This document shows, piece after piece, positions 13,411 through 26,173 of a stretch of DNA of 63,989 nt. The position numbers and the translations under genes were made by a program. The stretch is from positions 451,233-515,221 of the forward strand of contig MNCI01001492.1 of the NCBI GenBank assembly GCA_015680685.1, given 5' to 3'. The notes under the pieces are model-generated. The model did not search any database. It saw nothing but the letters and a program-made list of their open reading frames with translations, and had not been told where the DNA came from. The stretch's first letter is position 1, and every line of letters begins with the position of its first letter. Origin of the DNA: Gnetum montanum. Lineage: Eukaryota > Plantae > Gnetophyta.

Positions 13411-14474
13411 AGCTTAGGACAGTCAGTACACATGCTACCTCTCTTGATGGACAACCTTGCTCACTATTTTAGATCTCCTCCTTCCAACTTAGTTGTGGGG
13501 GAGATGGCCACCTATGCTATCCATTCTGGGCCCTTAGTTCTTTTTGAATTTTTTTAACACATTCTTTCAACTTTTTTTATTTTTGTTTTATACCATCATT
13601 CATATTTTTACTATTTGTTCGATTTCTTGATTTGCTTTTATTCGTCATCCAATAAGTGCTCATGATAGTGGATTGAATTATATCATATTGATTGCTAATG
13701 TTTGGTTTTTACCTTGAATTATGATGCTGATATTAAGGTATGGTTATTTTGGTAAAATAGGCTATGAGTCCACGCTGTCCACTCATCCATACAACTCTAT
13801 GATCTCCTTTGGCTTGGACCTGTATAGTCCCCTTTTCCAAGTAAATTTATTAATGAATTAGTGGCTGGGTACTTTTCAAACTAAGGAAAGACTCAAAGGA
13901 TGAAAAGGGTATGATTTCAAGGGGATTCGATGCATTTGTGTTTACCATTCTCTTGGGTGCTTGGATGCTTGTTTCTTGGGTTTTTCACCATTCTAACATT
14001 GTTCAAATATCAAGAAGTTGAGTGAATAAAAATAAGTCTTTGCATGGTGTGGTTCTCATGCAAAAAGAAGAAAACAAAAAAGAAAAAGAAAAAAAGAGAG
14101 TGAGAATCCAAAGCACACCCCTTAGACATAATAAAGCAATATGGACTACAAGCATTGGTTATGGAACTGGAAAGACATGTTACCCATGCCTAAAGGTTCC
14201 CTCTAACTAAGGTTCTTTCTCGCTTCCTGCTTCTCTATCTCACTCTCCTTAGAGTGGTGGTGACTCTTTGTGGAAGCATTCTTGTTACTTCAAGTGGATG
14301 GATTGGTCAAGTGTGTTGATGCGAGGTCACTGGATGTGGTTTTTTTGAGTTTGGATTTGGAATGAGTTCTACTTAGTCACATTAACCATGAAATACACAA
14401 GGAGCTTTACACAACCTTGTTCTTGGGATTTCATTCCATTCTCTCCTCTCCATCTTTCTTCCCATTTTCCATCT

Positions 14475-16038
14475 TGAAACACCGTAGAAATTGAGAATCA
14501 GCCTCAGGCAAAGATTAGCGATTCAGGCAGAAGTTTGCAACAGCAATCCAGAAGACATAACGAAGCAAAGAGGCATGCAGCATTAGGTCTCCGAGTTTCT
14601 CACAGATTTTTAACCTTACTTTGTTTTCTGTCTTTACGCTACATTACGCAACATAGCGTAGTGTCGTTCAGCGTAACTCTGTTTGGTGTAGCCCGATAGC
14701 AGAAAGTAACTTACTTCAGAAATTTTGATGGAGTTTAAAGTTTAAAACTTGTGGCATATTCAGCTAAGTCTTTTGCTTAGGGCTGAGTTTACGCTCCGTT
14801 ATGCAGAGCAGCGTAACGAGCTTCAAAGAAGACAAAGTCAGAGTACAAGGAAGAGTCGTAGATTGATTTCTTTTCTTTGCAGATTGGTCACTTTATGCTC
14901 ATTATGCTACGCAGCGTAGACAAGCGTAATTTGTTGTAAAGTTTACCATTTTTATGCTCTATTATGCTTTGCGGTGTAAATAAGCGTAAAATAGTTGGCA
15001 CCAACTACTCCCATGCTCTATTACGCTCTGCCACGCGACGCAGCGTAACAAGTGTAATATAGCGTAAAGCCAGCTAAAGCAGTTACGCATCTGCTATCCA
15101 CATGCACAATATGCTAATAAGTGTATTATGCGTAATCATGAAGTAGCTTCGGCAAAAGTGTTGACAGCGTACATTGCCCCTTCTCCCGGAAATGTGACGC
15201 GACATAGCCAGTTTCAACATAAAGTTGGTCAAGTCAACGGTATTTTGAAGGTTCGAAACACGTGTCATCAAGGCCATGCCTTCTCCACATGTTGTTGAAC
15301 TTATAAATACTCCAGTTGGCGAAGAAACAAGGGGGCATCTTCAACTTTTGGTAGTTGTCACCTTTGAGTAGAGACAGAGACATTTGCTTGAGCATTGGCA
15401 GCAGGAGTGATCAGTCCTTTGGCGAAGATACAGTTCTCTCCATTGGCGATCATTGGCAGTTTGAGTAGAGACTACCTAAGGCAAAAGGAGCAGATCAAAG
15501 ATCAAGAGATCATCTGGTGTGGTTTGTAAGGTTTATTGATCAGAAACATTTGATCGATAGACGTCAGAGCTTGACCTTCCTTGCATCCCATCTCTGGCTT
15601 ACGAGGTAGATCAAACTCCATTCTGTACTCCTTGTTGAACAGTGTTCTTGTTATTTTGTGTATACTTCGCACAAGATAAGTGGAGTGTTCCATTAGAACT
15701 TTGTATACGATATACTCAGTTTTCGGGTCAAAATGCAAATCTTGGAATTGCGCATTTTCTTAAATCCAATCCCTCTTATCGTGTTGACGTTGTTGTTATT
15801 CCAATTTATCTACATTGTTTTCTACTCCTTTCACGATTCATCGAATCAAATCATTTCGTAGAATATCTATAATATTCATCAATTTACTGATTGAGTAAGT
15901 CCCTGTCTGATCGACAAGACCGTTCAGGGCACTGCGGATTCATTTTCTCTAGCATAGCCCTCACACGGATCCGTAGTTAAGACTGTGTACATAGATTTTG
16001 TTGGTATTTTCCAGCTACTGATATTTTCCGTTGTTACA
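14475..16038 (+). mobile_element. Solo LTR of a Tat/Ogre-like family related to element C
   Basis: TGAAACACC...GTTACA; perfect TSD CATCT (14470-14474, 16039-16043); 3' part matches 41200-41345. Confidence 0.93.
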
Positions 16039-16989
16039 CATCTCATTGCCAATTTTATCATTAGTCTGTTCTAGGTTGATGCATTATTTTTCTTTGGTGA
16101 ATTCTTATGGATAATTTTTTAACTCTTGCTTCCAAATGACATTCCTAAAGCCTATGAACTTTTTGGTTTGTGGATTTGTTAGGGCATAAAAGGCATGAGC
16201 TTACTCTGGGGAGGATCCACTGGCATTCCTTTTTGGTGTAATTATTAAGTTCTTTTCCTTAAACATTTCCAGCAATCAATCATATCTTGTTACATCCCCA
16301 TCCATGGCATCCATTTTATTGGCGTTGCCATTGTTATTTTTTCCATCTTTCTTATTCGTCATATTTTTCCATCTTATAGCTACCAGAGGTTCGATCTTAG
16401 TTGTGGGGGCCTTGGCACAAATTTTTCAATTTTTTCCATTTTACTAATTACCTAACCCCTATACCTTAGGTAGTTGTGAGTGATAAATCTCCAAAACTAG
16501 TTTCTTCCATAACCATAAATCAGCCAATGTGCTTCATATCGAGGTAAGGTATCAACTACATTGTGGATTATCTATCCTTGCTCATTTGTGATTGTGTTGT
16601 GTGTGCAGATGGTGATCATAGAAACAATGGACTGGGCTTCGAGGAAGCACTCAGGATGGACTAAAACTAGAGCATTTATGAAAGAAGCAAGTTTGGTGGC
16701 ATGGCTATGGATAAATAACAGAAGGTGTAATTTCGGAATTGGTGGCAACATGCTCCATCTTCTTTCTCTCTCTTTCTTTCTCTTCAAGCTACCAAATAAA
16801 GCTTGGATGTCATTTATGTATGAGTGTTCACCACAATGGTCATGAATACTAATGTTGTAATATGCTTATTGATCCATTCATTGGGCATATTGAGTCTCTC
16901 ATCCCATTCCATCGTTAGTTGTCAATTAGTTAATAATCCCATACCTTCCCAATATTTTGTAAAGAACTTGAGGATGAGTTTTCATTCAA

Positions 16990-17000
16990 TTATGGGGGTA
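16990..17000 (+). promoter_or_regulatory. Element B polypurine tract
   Basis: TTATGGGGGTA immediately before the 3' LTR TG. Confidence 0.7.
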
Positions 17001-17681
17001 TGATGAAGTAGTTACTCTAATTATTAGAGTGGTATTATTGGAGTGATTACTTTAATTATTAGAGTAGTTATTATTGGAGCTGTTACTCTAATAATTAGAG
17101 TGGTTATTATTCGAGTGATTACTTTAATTATTAGAGCAGTTATTATTAGAGTGGTTACTCTAATAATTAGAGTGGTTATTATTGCAGCAGTTATTCTAAG
17201 TATTAGAGTGGTTACTCTAATTATTAGAGTAGTTTCTCCCAAGTCTATAAATACAATGCCCAGGTGCACAATTGGAAAGAAGTCTTGTAGCAGTCAAGTA
17301 GAGAAACTCTTGTAGTCTATTTGGAAGTTAGAATAATTTCCAAGTGCTCGCAATAGGAGGTTAAAGTATGGATGGATCTTATTCAAGCATTATATACCTG
17401 AGCACACCTTGTGTGCAACAATAAAGACGAGCTCTTTGATTCATCCTTGTAGCACTTGAGATTTGTTTCTTACACATTTCTTTTATTTTATTTTATTTGA
17501 TGCACTTTACATTTTTGTTATTAGTGTAGTAATTCATTTTGATCAATTAAGAAAATTGTTAAAATACATTGAGTACGATCACTTTGAGCATGTGTGTAAC
17601 ACTTGATAACCCAGTAATGACTAGCGTTTGGTAATCCCAGTAGTCTTGCACTAGTTTAGAATGTGTATGGAAAGTGAGAAC
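17001..17681 (+). repeat. Element B 3' LTR, left part
   Basis: Matches 6246-6964; interrupted after GTGAGAAC by element A. Confidence 0.95.
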
Positions 17682-20035
17682 TGTAACACCTAAAAACATT
17701 GGTGGCTAGAACACCAAGAGGTTACCAGTCATATAGCCTAACCCCGGATTCGTGCAAGGGATGTATTGGAGAAAAATGAAAACAGGGTGTCTTTGATAGT
17801 CTGGTCAATCAGACAGGGACTTAGACGGTGTACAATAACATGTCGTGAACAATGTTTTGGAAATGTTACACATGGCAATCGAGATGGAGAAAACCGTAGC
17901 ACACAGAACAGTAAAAAGCATAACAAAGTATATAATTGAGCGATAAACATGAACTGATACACAATGCTGTAGAATATAGTGAAATGAAATGAAATGAGCT
18001 TAAGTGAGAGAATGCACTATCCTAAAATTGGGGCATTTTGCTTTTGATTGAGTGAGGAGAGTGCAACTAGGATGTAGTACTAGACAAGAATAGCTAACAA
18101 CGGAATGATATGATCACAGATCCTGGACTATTGCCAATGGGATGCCAATAGGGACTGTTGAGCTGATGCTTGCTAGGCTAAGAACTGCTACACTAGGTTC
18201 GAGAGAGATCTGGGAAGTGGTGCTACTGGGATTTGCTGCTCTTTCACTTTTAGTTTGCCAATCTCTTTGTCAAAGCTTACTACTAGAAGTCAATTGCTAA
18301 ATCCAACGTCTCTTTTTCCAAGCCAACCCCTAGAACATTGTTATCGGGGTATTTATAGGACCAAGAGTAAGAGAGAGACGTGATTTGGACACCACATGTC
18401 TTGGGTCCCACATGGCACGAATCGTGGATGTGCTATACTGACATGTAGTGCTACGCTGCAGTGTTACACTAATGTGCTACACTACAGTGTTGGAAGTGAA
18501 ACCTATTGAGCTATGACCATACCATTCAAATTGCATGTGCTAGAGTCCAAGGAACTACCATGTTTTTACAAAAAATGCCAACAAAAAATGCAAAGTGGAG
18601 CCTATGCTCTAGGACTGCATCTTTCCTCCTCTTGCAAGTAGGGTCAAGTGTAGGGATAACTTTAGGGATCAACAATGGGGATGCTAAATAGGGAAAACTA
18701 CTGATCTTGTCTATCAAGGAGATGATGAAGCAAAAGTGGACATTGCTAATGGGTTCTGGAGTTTTTGGAGACATCCTAAGGCTTCCACGTGAGTGTTACA
18801 CTATCTATGTTGACCAACATATTGGTGTAGCATGGACACTTTGCTTGCTATGTTATGTGACACTAGGTAGCATAGCACAACGTAGCACTCCTTTTTTGCG
18901 TGAATTTTATCTAGATAACTAAAAATATTATTTTGACACCTGATTAGGCAAGCAACTTTAGCACTTAGCAACCCTAATTTTCATTTTGAAAGGCCCTAGG
19001 ACCTGTTGATTTCATCATAGGGACACTTTTGGGCTTTATGTCCTTGCTAGGCTATGCTATGCTGTGTAGTGTAGCACAGCGTAGTAGTCAATCTGGCATG
19101 AATTTGAGCCAAAGCCTACAATGTTTTTCCAGGAGACTTTGATTAAGACCTGAGGGTGAAGTGGGATAGGCATTCTTGGAGGTCAAAGCATGGCCACATG
19201 CAAGTCTTTTGCTAGAACAACTTGACGGAGGACCTTCGTGCATTCTGACCCTGCTACATAGTGCTACACTATGTAGCATAGCATAGTGCAACATCCATTT
19301 TGTCTTGAGTTTGAACTTGTTTTGCAAGGTCTCTATCATGGGATCTCGGTCATATGCTAAAGTGGCAGTAGGACAAAAATTTTTGATGGTTGAAGCATGG
19401 ACAATTTTTTTATTGTGTTAAGGCAATTTGAGAGAGGATTGTCATGTCCTGCTACGCTATGCTATGCTGTGTAGCATAGCATAGCGTAGCACTTAAAATG
19501 GGACAAGTGTTGCAACATTTGCCATGTTTCTTTCATGTTATGTTGATCACACCTCAAGGATGGAGCGGTGCAGACACCTTTGAGGATTGAATATTTACCA
19601 ACTGCGTCTTCTACGTCTAATCAGTCACCACAAGGCCTGCTACACTATGCAGCATAGTGTAGCATAGTAGGTTCCATTGTTAGAAAACTTGTCGAACTGT
19701 TTAGTCCATCCTAAACACCTTCATCAGCTCATAGCATGGCTTTGGGTAGACCATCAATTAGGTCATGTGTCAAGTTGGGCAAGCTAGAGAGTGTGGCAAG
19801 CTTACTAGCTCGGGAGATAGAAAATTTGCCAAACTGTACAGTCTATCTTCAATAATCCATTTGTGCAAACTAGCTCTGCAACTGGGCACTGCATTGGCTA
19901 TGGTGAAGAGCATAGTAGGCATACTCAGACATAACCTTGTAGGAATTAGGACTTCTAGGGTGTCGAACCATTTGTGCGGTTCATCATGGCATTACACCTA
20001 GAGAATCATGATGGCCCAAAATTGATGATGTTTAA
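17682..20035 (-). repeat. Element A 3' LTR
   Basis: Homologous to 55599-57976; adjacent to the PPT. Confidence 0.93.
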
Positions 20036-20036
20036 A

Positions 20037-20054
20037 TGGCCCCTCTTTGTTGAT
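20037..20054 (-). promoter_or_regulatory. Element A polypurine tract
   Basis: Reverse complement CAACAAAGAGGGGCCA, same as 40005-40020 and similar to 46562-46577. Confidence 0.88.
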
Positions 20055-20479
20055 GTCTGGAGGATCTACCCAAGAGACGTTGACAAAGAACACGAAACAC
20101 CATGCTGAATGTGACACCCACATTGCTCATCAATGCTTGCTTAGATAAACCTTTGCTATAATTAGGAGTTTTAGGAGAGCTAAGCATTATAGGGAGAGGG
20201 GACAGGTTTGAGGAAATCAAGCTAAGGAAGAGGAAAGGTGTAGGATGTGTTGTCATTAAGAGTCATTTCCATAGTGTGATCCCTTATCAGAATGCTTATA
20301 AGGGAATCAACACTCATGGGTTTCTTTTTTTCTTTGGATTTCGACCCCTTATTGGTGCTTGGAGGTGGTTGATCCAAATCTGAGACACTTGTGAAGAAAC
20401 TATGGCATTTGTTTTGGGCACTTGGCTATATCACCATTTTTCATTCATTTTTTTGTGTTTTTTGCTTTGTGTGCTTTTT

Positions 20480-21400
20480 GTTTTTTTGCACACCCATGTT
20501 CACTTGAAGGCAAGGTTGTCATTGCTATAGAATAGGTGTTTCGTCCCTGAGATGAGTTGTGTTACATCCATATGGGACTTAGACCTACCTACAGAGGTTT
20601 TCCATGGGACGAGTTGCATTACGTCCATCATGGGCTTGGTGGTTGGACATGTGAAAGGGCTTTATATGCCTTAGGAAAGCTTACAAAGAAGGTGTTGGAT
20701 GTTGTAAGTATAGGAATGATGATTAAGTTGGCTGAAGGGAGAGTGGGATATGCACTCTCAAGTAGCTAGGCTGATTGAAGTGAGTACTTTAGAGTAATGT
20801 GGTGTCTCGCTCTTGTGGTAAACACATTCATGCATGACACCATCTTGTCTTTTATCTTGCAAACACAATAGGGAGAAAACCAGTAAAAAAACCATTGAGT
20901 GAAGTGAGGGAAAATTCATGTTTTCTCAGGATATTGCTAGGGTGGCAAGTGTTGTGTTTGATGTGTGCAATGTCCAGAGTAGGAAGGCCAATGTAGGTTT
21001 CAGCAACGGTAGGTCGAAAAGCTTCAACGGATTTGCCAGAAATAAGCACTGAAGAGGCTAGGAGCAACGATGATGCAGGTGCTTAGGAATCCTTGTCAAC
21101 AACAAGAGTCACAAAATCCAGCTGCAAGGTGAGAAGCCTAATAGTTGAATAATTTTTTAGACTCTGGCGATGGTGAGGGCTGGAGGATGTTAGGACTGTA
21201 GCTGCACCACTAGGACTTTAGTAGGGAGTGCTAATGGTGGGAGCTATGACCAAATTGATTGGGGATGATGGCAACAACTCTGGATAGCTAGAAAGATGTC
21301 AAACATCTCCAGAAGATTAGCAAGATGCCAGGGATGAAGATGCTACATGTATCCCAAAGGATTTTTCCTTGACGATGTGAACTTCATTCTAGAACTACAA
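20480..21400 (+). pseudogene. Antisense accessory ORF remnant in the 3' region of element A (unknown protein; ends approximate)
   Basis: EGRVGYALSS (20733-20762) and GDGEGWR (near 21166) conserved in C and D with synonymous changes. Confidence 0.6.
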
Positions 21401-21494
21401 CGTCCCACCCCATGTTGTCTAGGAAGCTTGAAGATGTGCACACTTACTTGTTCACAAGGCCACATGTGTGAGCTGGGAGGCGTTGCACTACGAA

Positions 21495-21890
21495 ACCAGT
21501 TTTAGGTCTTGGTAGACCATTGAATGTGCTAGTTTAAGGTCCTAGCATACTATGATGTGCCAGTTTAAGGTCCTAGTAGACTGATGTGCTAGTTTAAGGT
21601 CTTAGCAGATTGATGTGCTAATTTAAGGTCCCAGTAGACCGCTATGCTAGTTTAACGTCATAGCAGACGGGGGATGGCCAGTTTAAGGTCGTAGTGGATC
21701 ATGTTGTGGATGCTAGTTTTACATCATGGTCCAAGGACAATATATGGATGCCAATTTTATGTCATGGCCCAAAGACATGTTGTGCCAGTTTAACATCATA
21801 GAAGATGTTCTATGCTAGTTTTACATCATAGTGGACGATCTGTGCTAGTTTATAGTCATAGTGGACTAGCTGTGCCAGTTTATAGTCATA
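21495..21890 (-). repeat. Tandem array of about 30-bp units with core CCTTAAACTAGCA downstream of A integrase
   Basis: Repeated TGCTAGTTTAAGG-like units on the plus strand. Confidence 0.88.
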
Positions 21891-21937
21891 ACATATTATC
21901 TACTTGCCTTTCTTTATGTTCGATGCACTCTTTCATG

Positions 21938-24900
21938 TTAAATGTAGTATGGCTTTAGGTATGAATGGTTGATGGGGTTCACGAACTTGTTGTCATCTAC
22001 GTTAGCCAACTTGAAGGCCCCATTCAAACTATGCTTTTGTGACTACAAAGGGACCTTTCCAATTGGCTAAGAATTTGCTCATGGGTTCACAAAAAACCTT
22101 GAGAACCAAGTTCCCACTTTTGATCTATCATTGATGCAAATTATAGTGATGTTTCTATTGTTGCTTGTCTTGGTACCATTTGATGCAGTTAGTGTTTGGG
22201 TGTGCTCCTCCTCTATGGAGTCAAGATCAATAATCCTTGACTCATTGTTTTGAACTTCATCCATGATGTTTGAAAGAATCATTTGAAGTAATGGGTCCTA
22301 CAATTCAAGAGGTAACATTGCTTTAGATTTGTATACAAGACTATATGGGGTTTTACCTATAGCTATCCTACATGTTGCACGATAAGCCCAAAGCACATAG
22401 AGGATTTGTTTGTGCCATTACCTTTTGCTGTTGCTAAGCATCTTCTTCAAAAGGTTGATGATGAATTTGTTGGTAGCCTTTGCTTGGCCATTTTCCTAGG
22501 GGTAATATGGCGATGAGAAAGAGTGTTTGATACCAAGGCTTTCACAAAAGGCTTTGGTTTCTACGCTACTAAATTGTGGCCCGTTGTTGGTAACAATAGT
22601 TATAGGCAGGCCAAACCATGTAATTGTGTTATCTAGGATGAACTTGCAAACTTTTTCGAACATGGTCTTTTTGAGAGGAATAGCTTCTACCCATTTTTAA
22701 AGTATTCAATTGCGGTAATAATGAAACTATGCCTTGTAGAAGACTTAGGTGTAATGGGTCCTATGATGTCTAGTCCCCAACATTGGAAGGGCCATGTGAT
22801 TTGTGTGGTATGTAGTTTGGTAGGTGACACATGTATGAGGTTCCCATGGCATTGACATACATCACATGTTCTCACTTTAGCAACACAATCACGTTCCATA
22901 CAAGGCCAGTAATAACCTAGATGTCTAATCTTTGCTACCATAGCCTTGGGAGCTATGTGTCCTCTACATAATCCCTCATGGACTTGATCAACAATTTTTC
23001 ATGCCTCATCCCTACTAACACAAGCTAGCAATATCCCATCGTAAGAGCATTTGCATAGAGTGTTTTCTCCTACAAGGACATATTGCCATGCTTGTTTTCA
23101 TATTGCTTCCTTTTGAGTAGGTGTCAGGTTGTGTGGAGGTTCACCGTGTTGAAGGTATGTCTTAATGTTGTCATACCATTCCTGAGTATGTGCCACACTT
23201 ATAGATGTGATGTGTGCTATGTGAATGATAGGATTGGTGCATTCTACTATTGAAGTGGGCAAGGTAGCCAACATATGTGATGGCACACTTAGTGCTAACG
23301 TGGCTAATTCATTTGCTATAGTGTTTTCATTGCAAGGCACATGTTGGACATCTAGGGTTCCGAACTGCTTTAGCAAGTACTTGGCCAAATCACAGTAAGG
23401 TCGTAGATGCTATGCTTTACAAGCGTATACCTCTATTACTTGGTTAATGACTAGTTACAAGTCACCTCGAATTGCTAAGCTTTGGATCCCCAACTCCCAA
23501 GTGGCTAAGATGCCCCTAAAAAGACCCTCGTATTTTGCCATGTTGTTTGTACAAAGGAATGTAAAGTGATATGTGATAGGTTGGATCTTCCTAGAGGGGA
23601 ATGTGAGAATAGTAGTGGCACTGCCACCTTGTGTAGTTGAAGCCCCATCAAAGTGGAGAATGGCTTTGAAGTCTGTTGGTATTGGGCTTATGCTATTAAC
23701 ATGTTCATTTGGGAACTCAGGTTCTATCACTGCCTGGTCATTGGTAGGTGAGGTTGTAAGTTGCGTAGCTATTGCTTGGCCTTTTATAGATGGTTGTGCT
23801 ACATAGTGTAGGTCAAATTTCATGGTTATGGATTTCCATCGGGATATCCTACTACTTTCATATATGTTTGTTGTAATAGCCTAGAGTATGTTATTCGTGC
23901 AAATGATGTTTACTTGGCTACAAAACAAGTAATGCCTCCATTTCTTTAGTGCAAATACTAAAGTAAGATAATTTTTCTCTACTTCATTGTATTTGGCTTC
24001 ATAGGCTATTAAGGCATGACTTAAATAATAGAGAAAGATTTCAGAACCGTCATTCCTCTTTTGGCAAAGTAAGGCCACAATAGACACATCTGAAGTAGCA
24101 AGGTAAATGTAAAACAACTTGTCTCTCTATGGAGGGTAAATAGTGGGAAGATGGGTAAGCTCTTTCTTTAAGTTGTCAAAAGCTTCTTGACATTGGTTTT
24201 TCCACTCAAAGTTAGCCCCCTTTTTAAGTAGGTGTTGTATTGGGTGCTATTTTTCAATTAACCTTGAGATAAATCTTCTTATGAATTGCACTTTGCCCTG
24301 TAGCCTACACAATTCATTAAGGTTTTTAGGTGATGCTAAGTTAACGATAGCTTTAACTTTATCGAGGTCTACATGTATCCCCGTTTTTGACACTACAAAA
24401 CCTAACATGTATCGAGTTTTAACTCTGAAAACACATTTTTTGGGGTTGAGGCATAGTTCATGCCTACAACATCATTGAAGAACCAAGTTTAGGTTGTTCA
24501 TGTGGTCAGTAGCTTTCTTAGATTTGACAATTATATTTTCCCCATGATCATTTAGCTTTTCTAAAAGATAATCACTAAAGATGTAGGTCATAGCTGGCTT
24601 GTATATTGCTTCTACATTCTTTAGCTTGAAGGACATCATCGTGTAGTAGAAGGTTTCCCAAGGGGTCATGAAGGTAGTTCCTAACTGATGCTCTAGGTTT
24701 ATGTGGATTTAGTTGTAGCTTGAGAACCCATCCATAAAGGATAGTAAGGCATGATCGGCTGTAGTATCGATAAGTTGGTTGATGCTAGGCAATGGAAAAT
24801 TGTCCTTAATTGTTGCCTTGTTCAAATCTCAAAAGTCTATACAGATTCATATACCCTCGATTTTTTTTGAAATGACTATAATGTTTGATACCCATTCTAA

Positions 24901-25422
24901 ATAATCAACTGCTTGAATGAACGTAGCTTGGTAAAGTTTAGTAATTTTGATACGTACAACTAATGTGATCTATGGTTTGATCTTTCGAGCCTTTTGTTTG
25001 ACAACTTTGACTCGTGAGTCTAGTATGATATTATGTTGTATGATGCATGGGTATAAGCCTAGCATATCTTCATATGACCATGCAAACACTTTGGTGTTAA
25101 CATTGAGGACTCTAGAGATGCTTTGTTTAACCTGTGACTCTAGTAATGAGCTAACTTTTAATGTTCTTGCCTCTCCTTTGGATGTAGTCACGGGGATTTT
25201 AATAAGAGGGTCCTTAGTTAAATCACTGACCTCTAAATCTAGAGTTTGGACTAGATGTTTGAGGTAGTCTAGGATGTTTCTAAGGATGATATGTTGGTAT
25301 CATAGGAGGAAGGTTCCAAATCTATCAACCCTTTATTCAAGTGTCTCATAAGTTTGCCATGGGGACCCATCAGGATTAAGGGTGAATGGAGATCATCATA
25401 CATAGCCATTTTCCAATTGAAC
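21938..25422 (-). pseudogene. pol: Element A pol: RT-RH-archaeal-type RH-integrase, disrupted
   Basis: VFAWSYEDM, LSFMDGFSSYN, LHFDGAS..NNMAKYEGL..IRGD (aRH), GYYWPCM, WGLDIIGP. Confidence 0.95.
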
Positions 25423-25519
25423 CTGCCACAATAAGTAAATAAACCAAATCAAGTGATACCTATTTGAGATAGCAACATGTAATGAATATATGCAAAGCAA
25501 TGATGAAACATTAAAAAAT

Positions 25520-25705
25520 TTCTAGTTTAAGGTCTTAGCAGATTGCAACTATGCAAAATTTGTAAGTTAACATTGTGAGTTTAAGGTCTTAATAGACTGT
25601 AACTATGCAAAATTTGTAAGTTAACATTGCTAGTTTAAGATCTTAACGAACCATTATTGGGCTATATTATAAGTCAAGGTTGCTAGTTTATGGTCATAGC
25701 AGACT
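25520..25705 (-). repeat. Short tandem array with TAAACTAG core upstream of A pol
   Basis: Four AGTTTAAGGTCTTAG-like units, period about 55 bp. Confidence 0.8.
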
Positions 25706-25936
25706 GTAATTGAGCCACATTGTAAAAATGATGTGAAATTTTAGTGCATCCATATGCTACGCTATAGTTGTGTGCTACATTGCAGTAGACCCATGCTACA
25801 CTGTAGGGGATAGGGGTGTTCCACGTTATGCGTGGGATGTGGGATCTCACGCATTACACATGGGATGCGGGACATTACGCATTATGCATGGGACAAGGAA
25901 CGCCCCAAAAAGTAACAGGTGTTTTAATCACATAGG

Positions 25937-25946
25937 CTATAAATAG
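25937..25946 (+). promoter_or_regulatory. Candidate TATA box of the element-A antisense spacer gene
   Basis: CTATAAATAG about 520 bp from the pol start, positionally equivalent to TTTATAAA at 34709 in C. Confidence 0.5.
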
Positions 25947-26173
25947 GGGATTACCCATGGTAATCTTGTCACTTTCATTATCAGAGCTAACACCTAGAGC
26001 ATAGCATAGTTGAGTTGAGAGACAGTGTAGTAGTCGCAGTGTACGAGTTCATGTATTGCAACGGGAAGGAACTCATTCCTACGCCTAGCACTTTCATACC
26101 CCTGACAGAGCAACAAAGGTGGATCATAGATCAAATGTTGATGGCAAAGACATTGCCAGAACAACTAGAAACC

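Noticed and set aside
21495-21890. CRISPR-like repeat/spacer appearance (also 29675-30125)
   Set aside because: Degenerate tandem units inside a plant retrotransposon, related spacers, no cas genes
25746-25750. GCATC matching the 5 bp right of the D LTR (48893-48897) as a possible TSD
   Set aside because: Not followed by an LTR start, and A-type sequence appears to continue past it; probably chance
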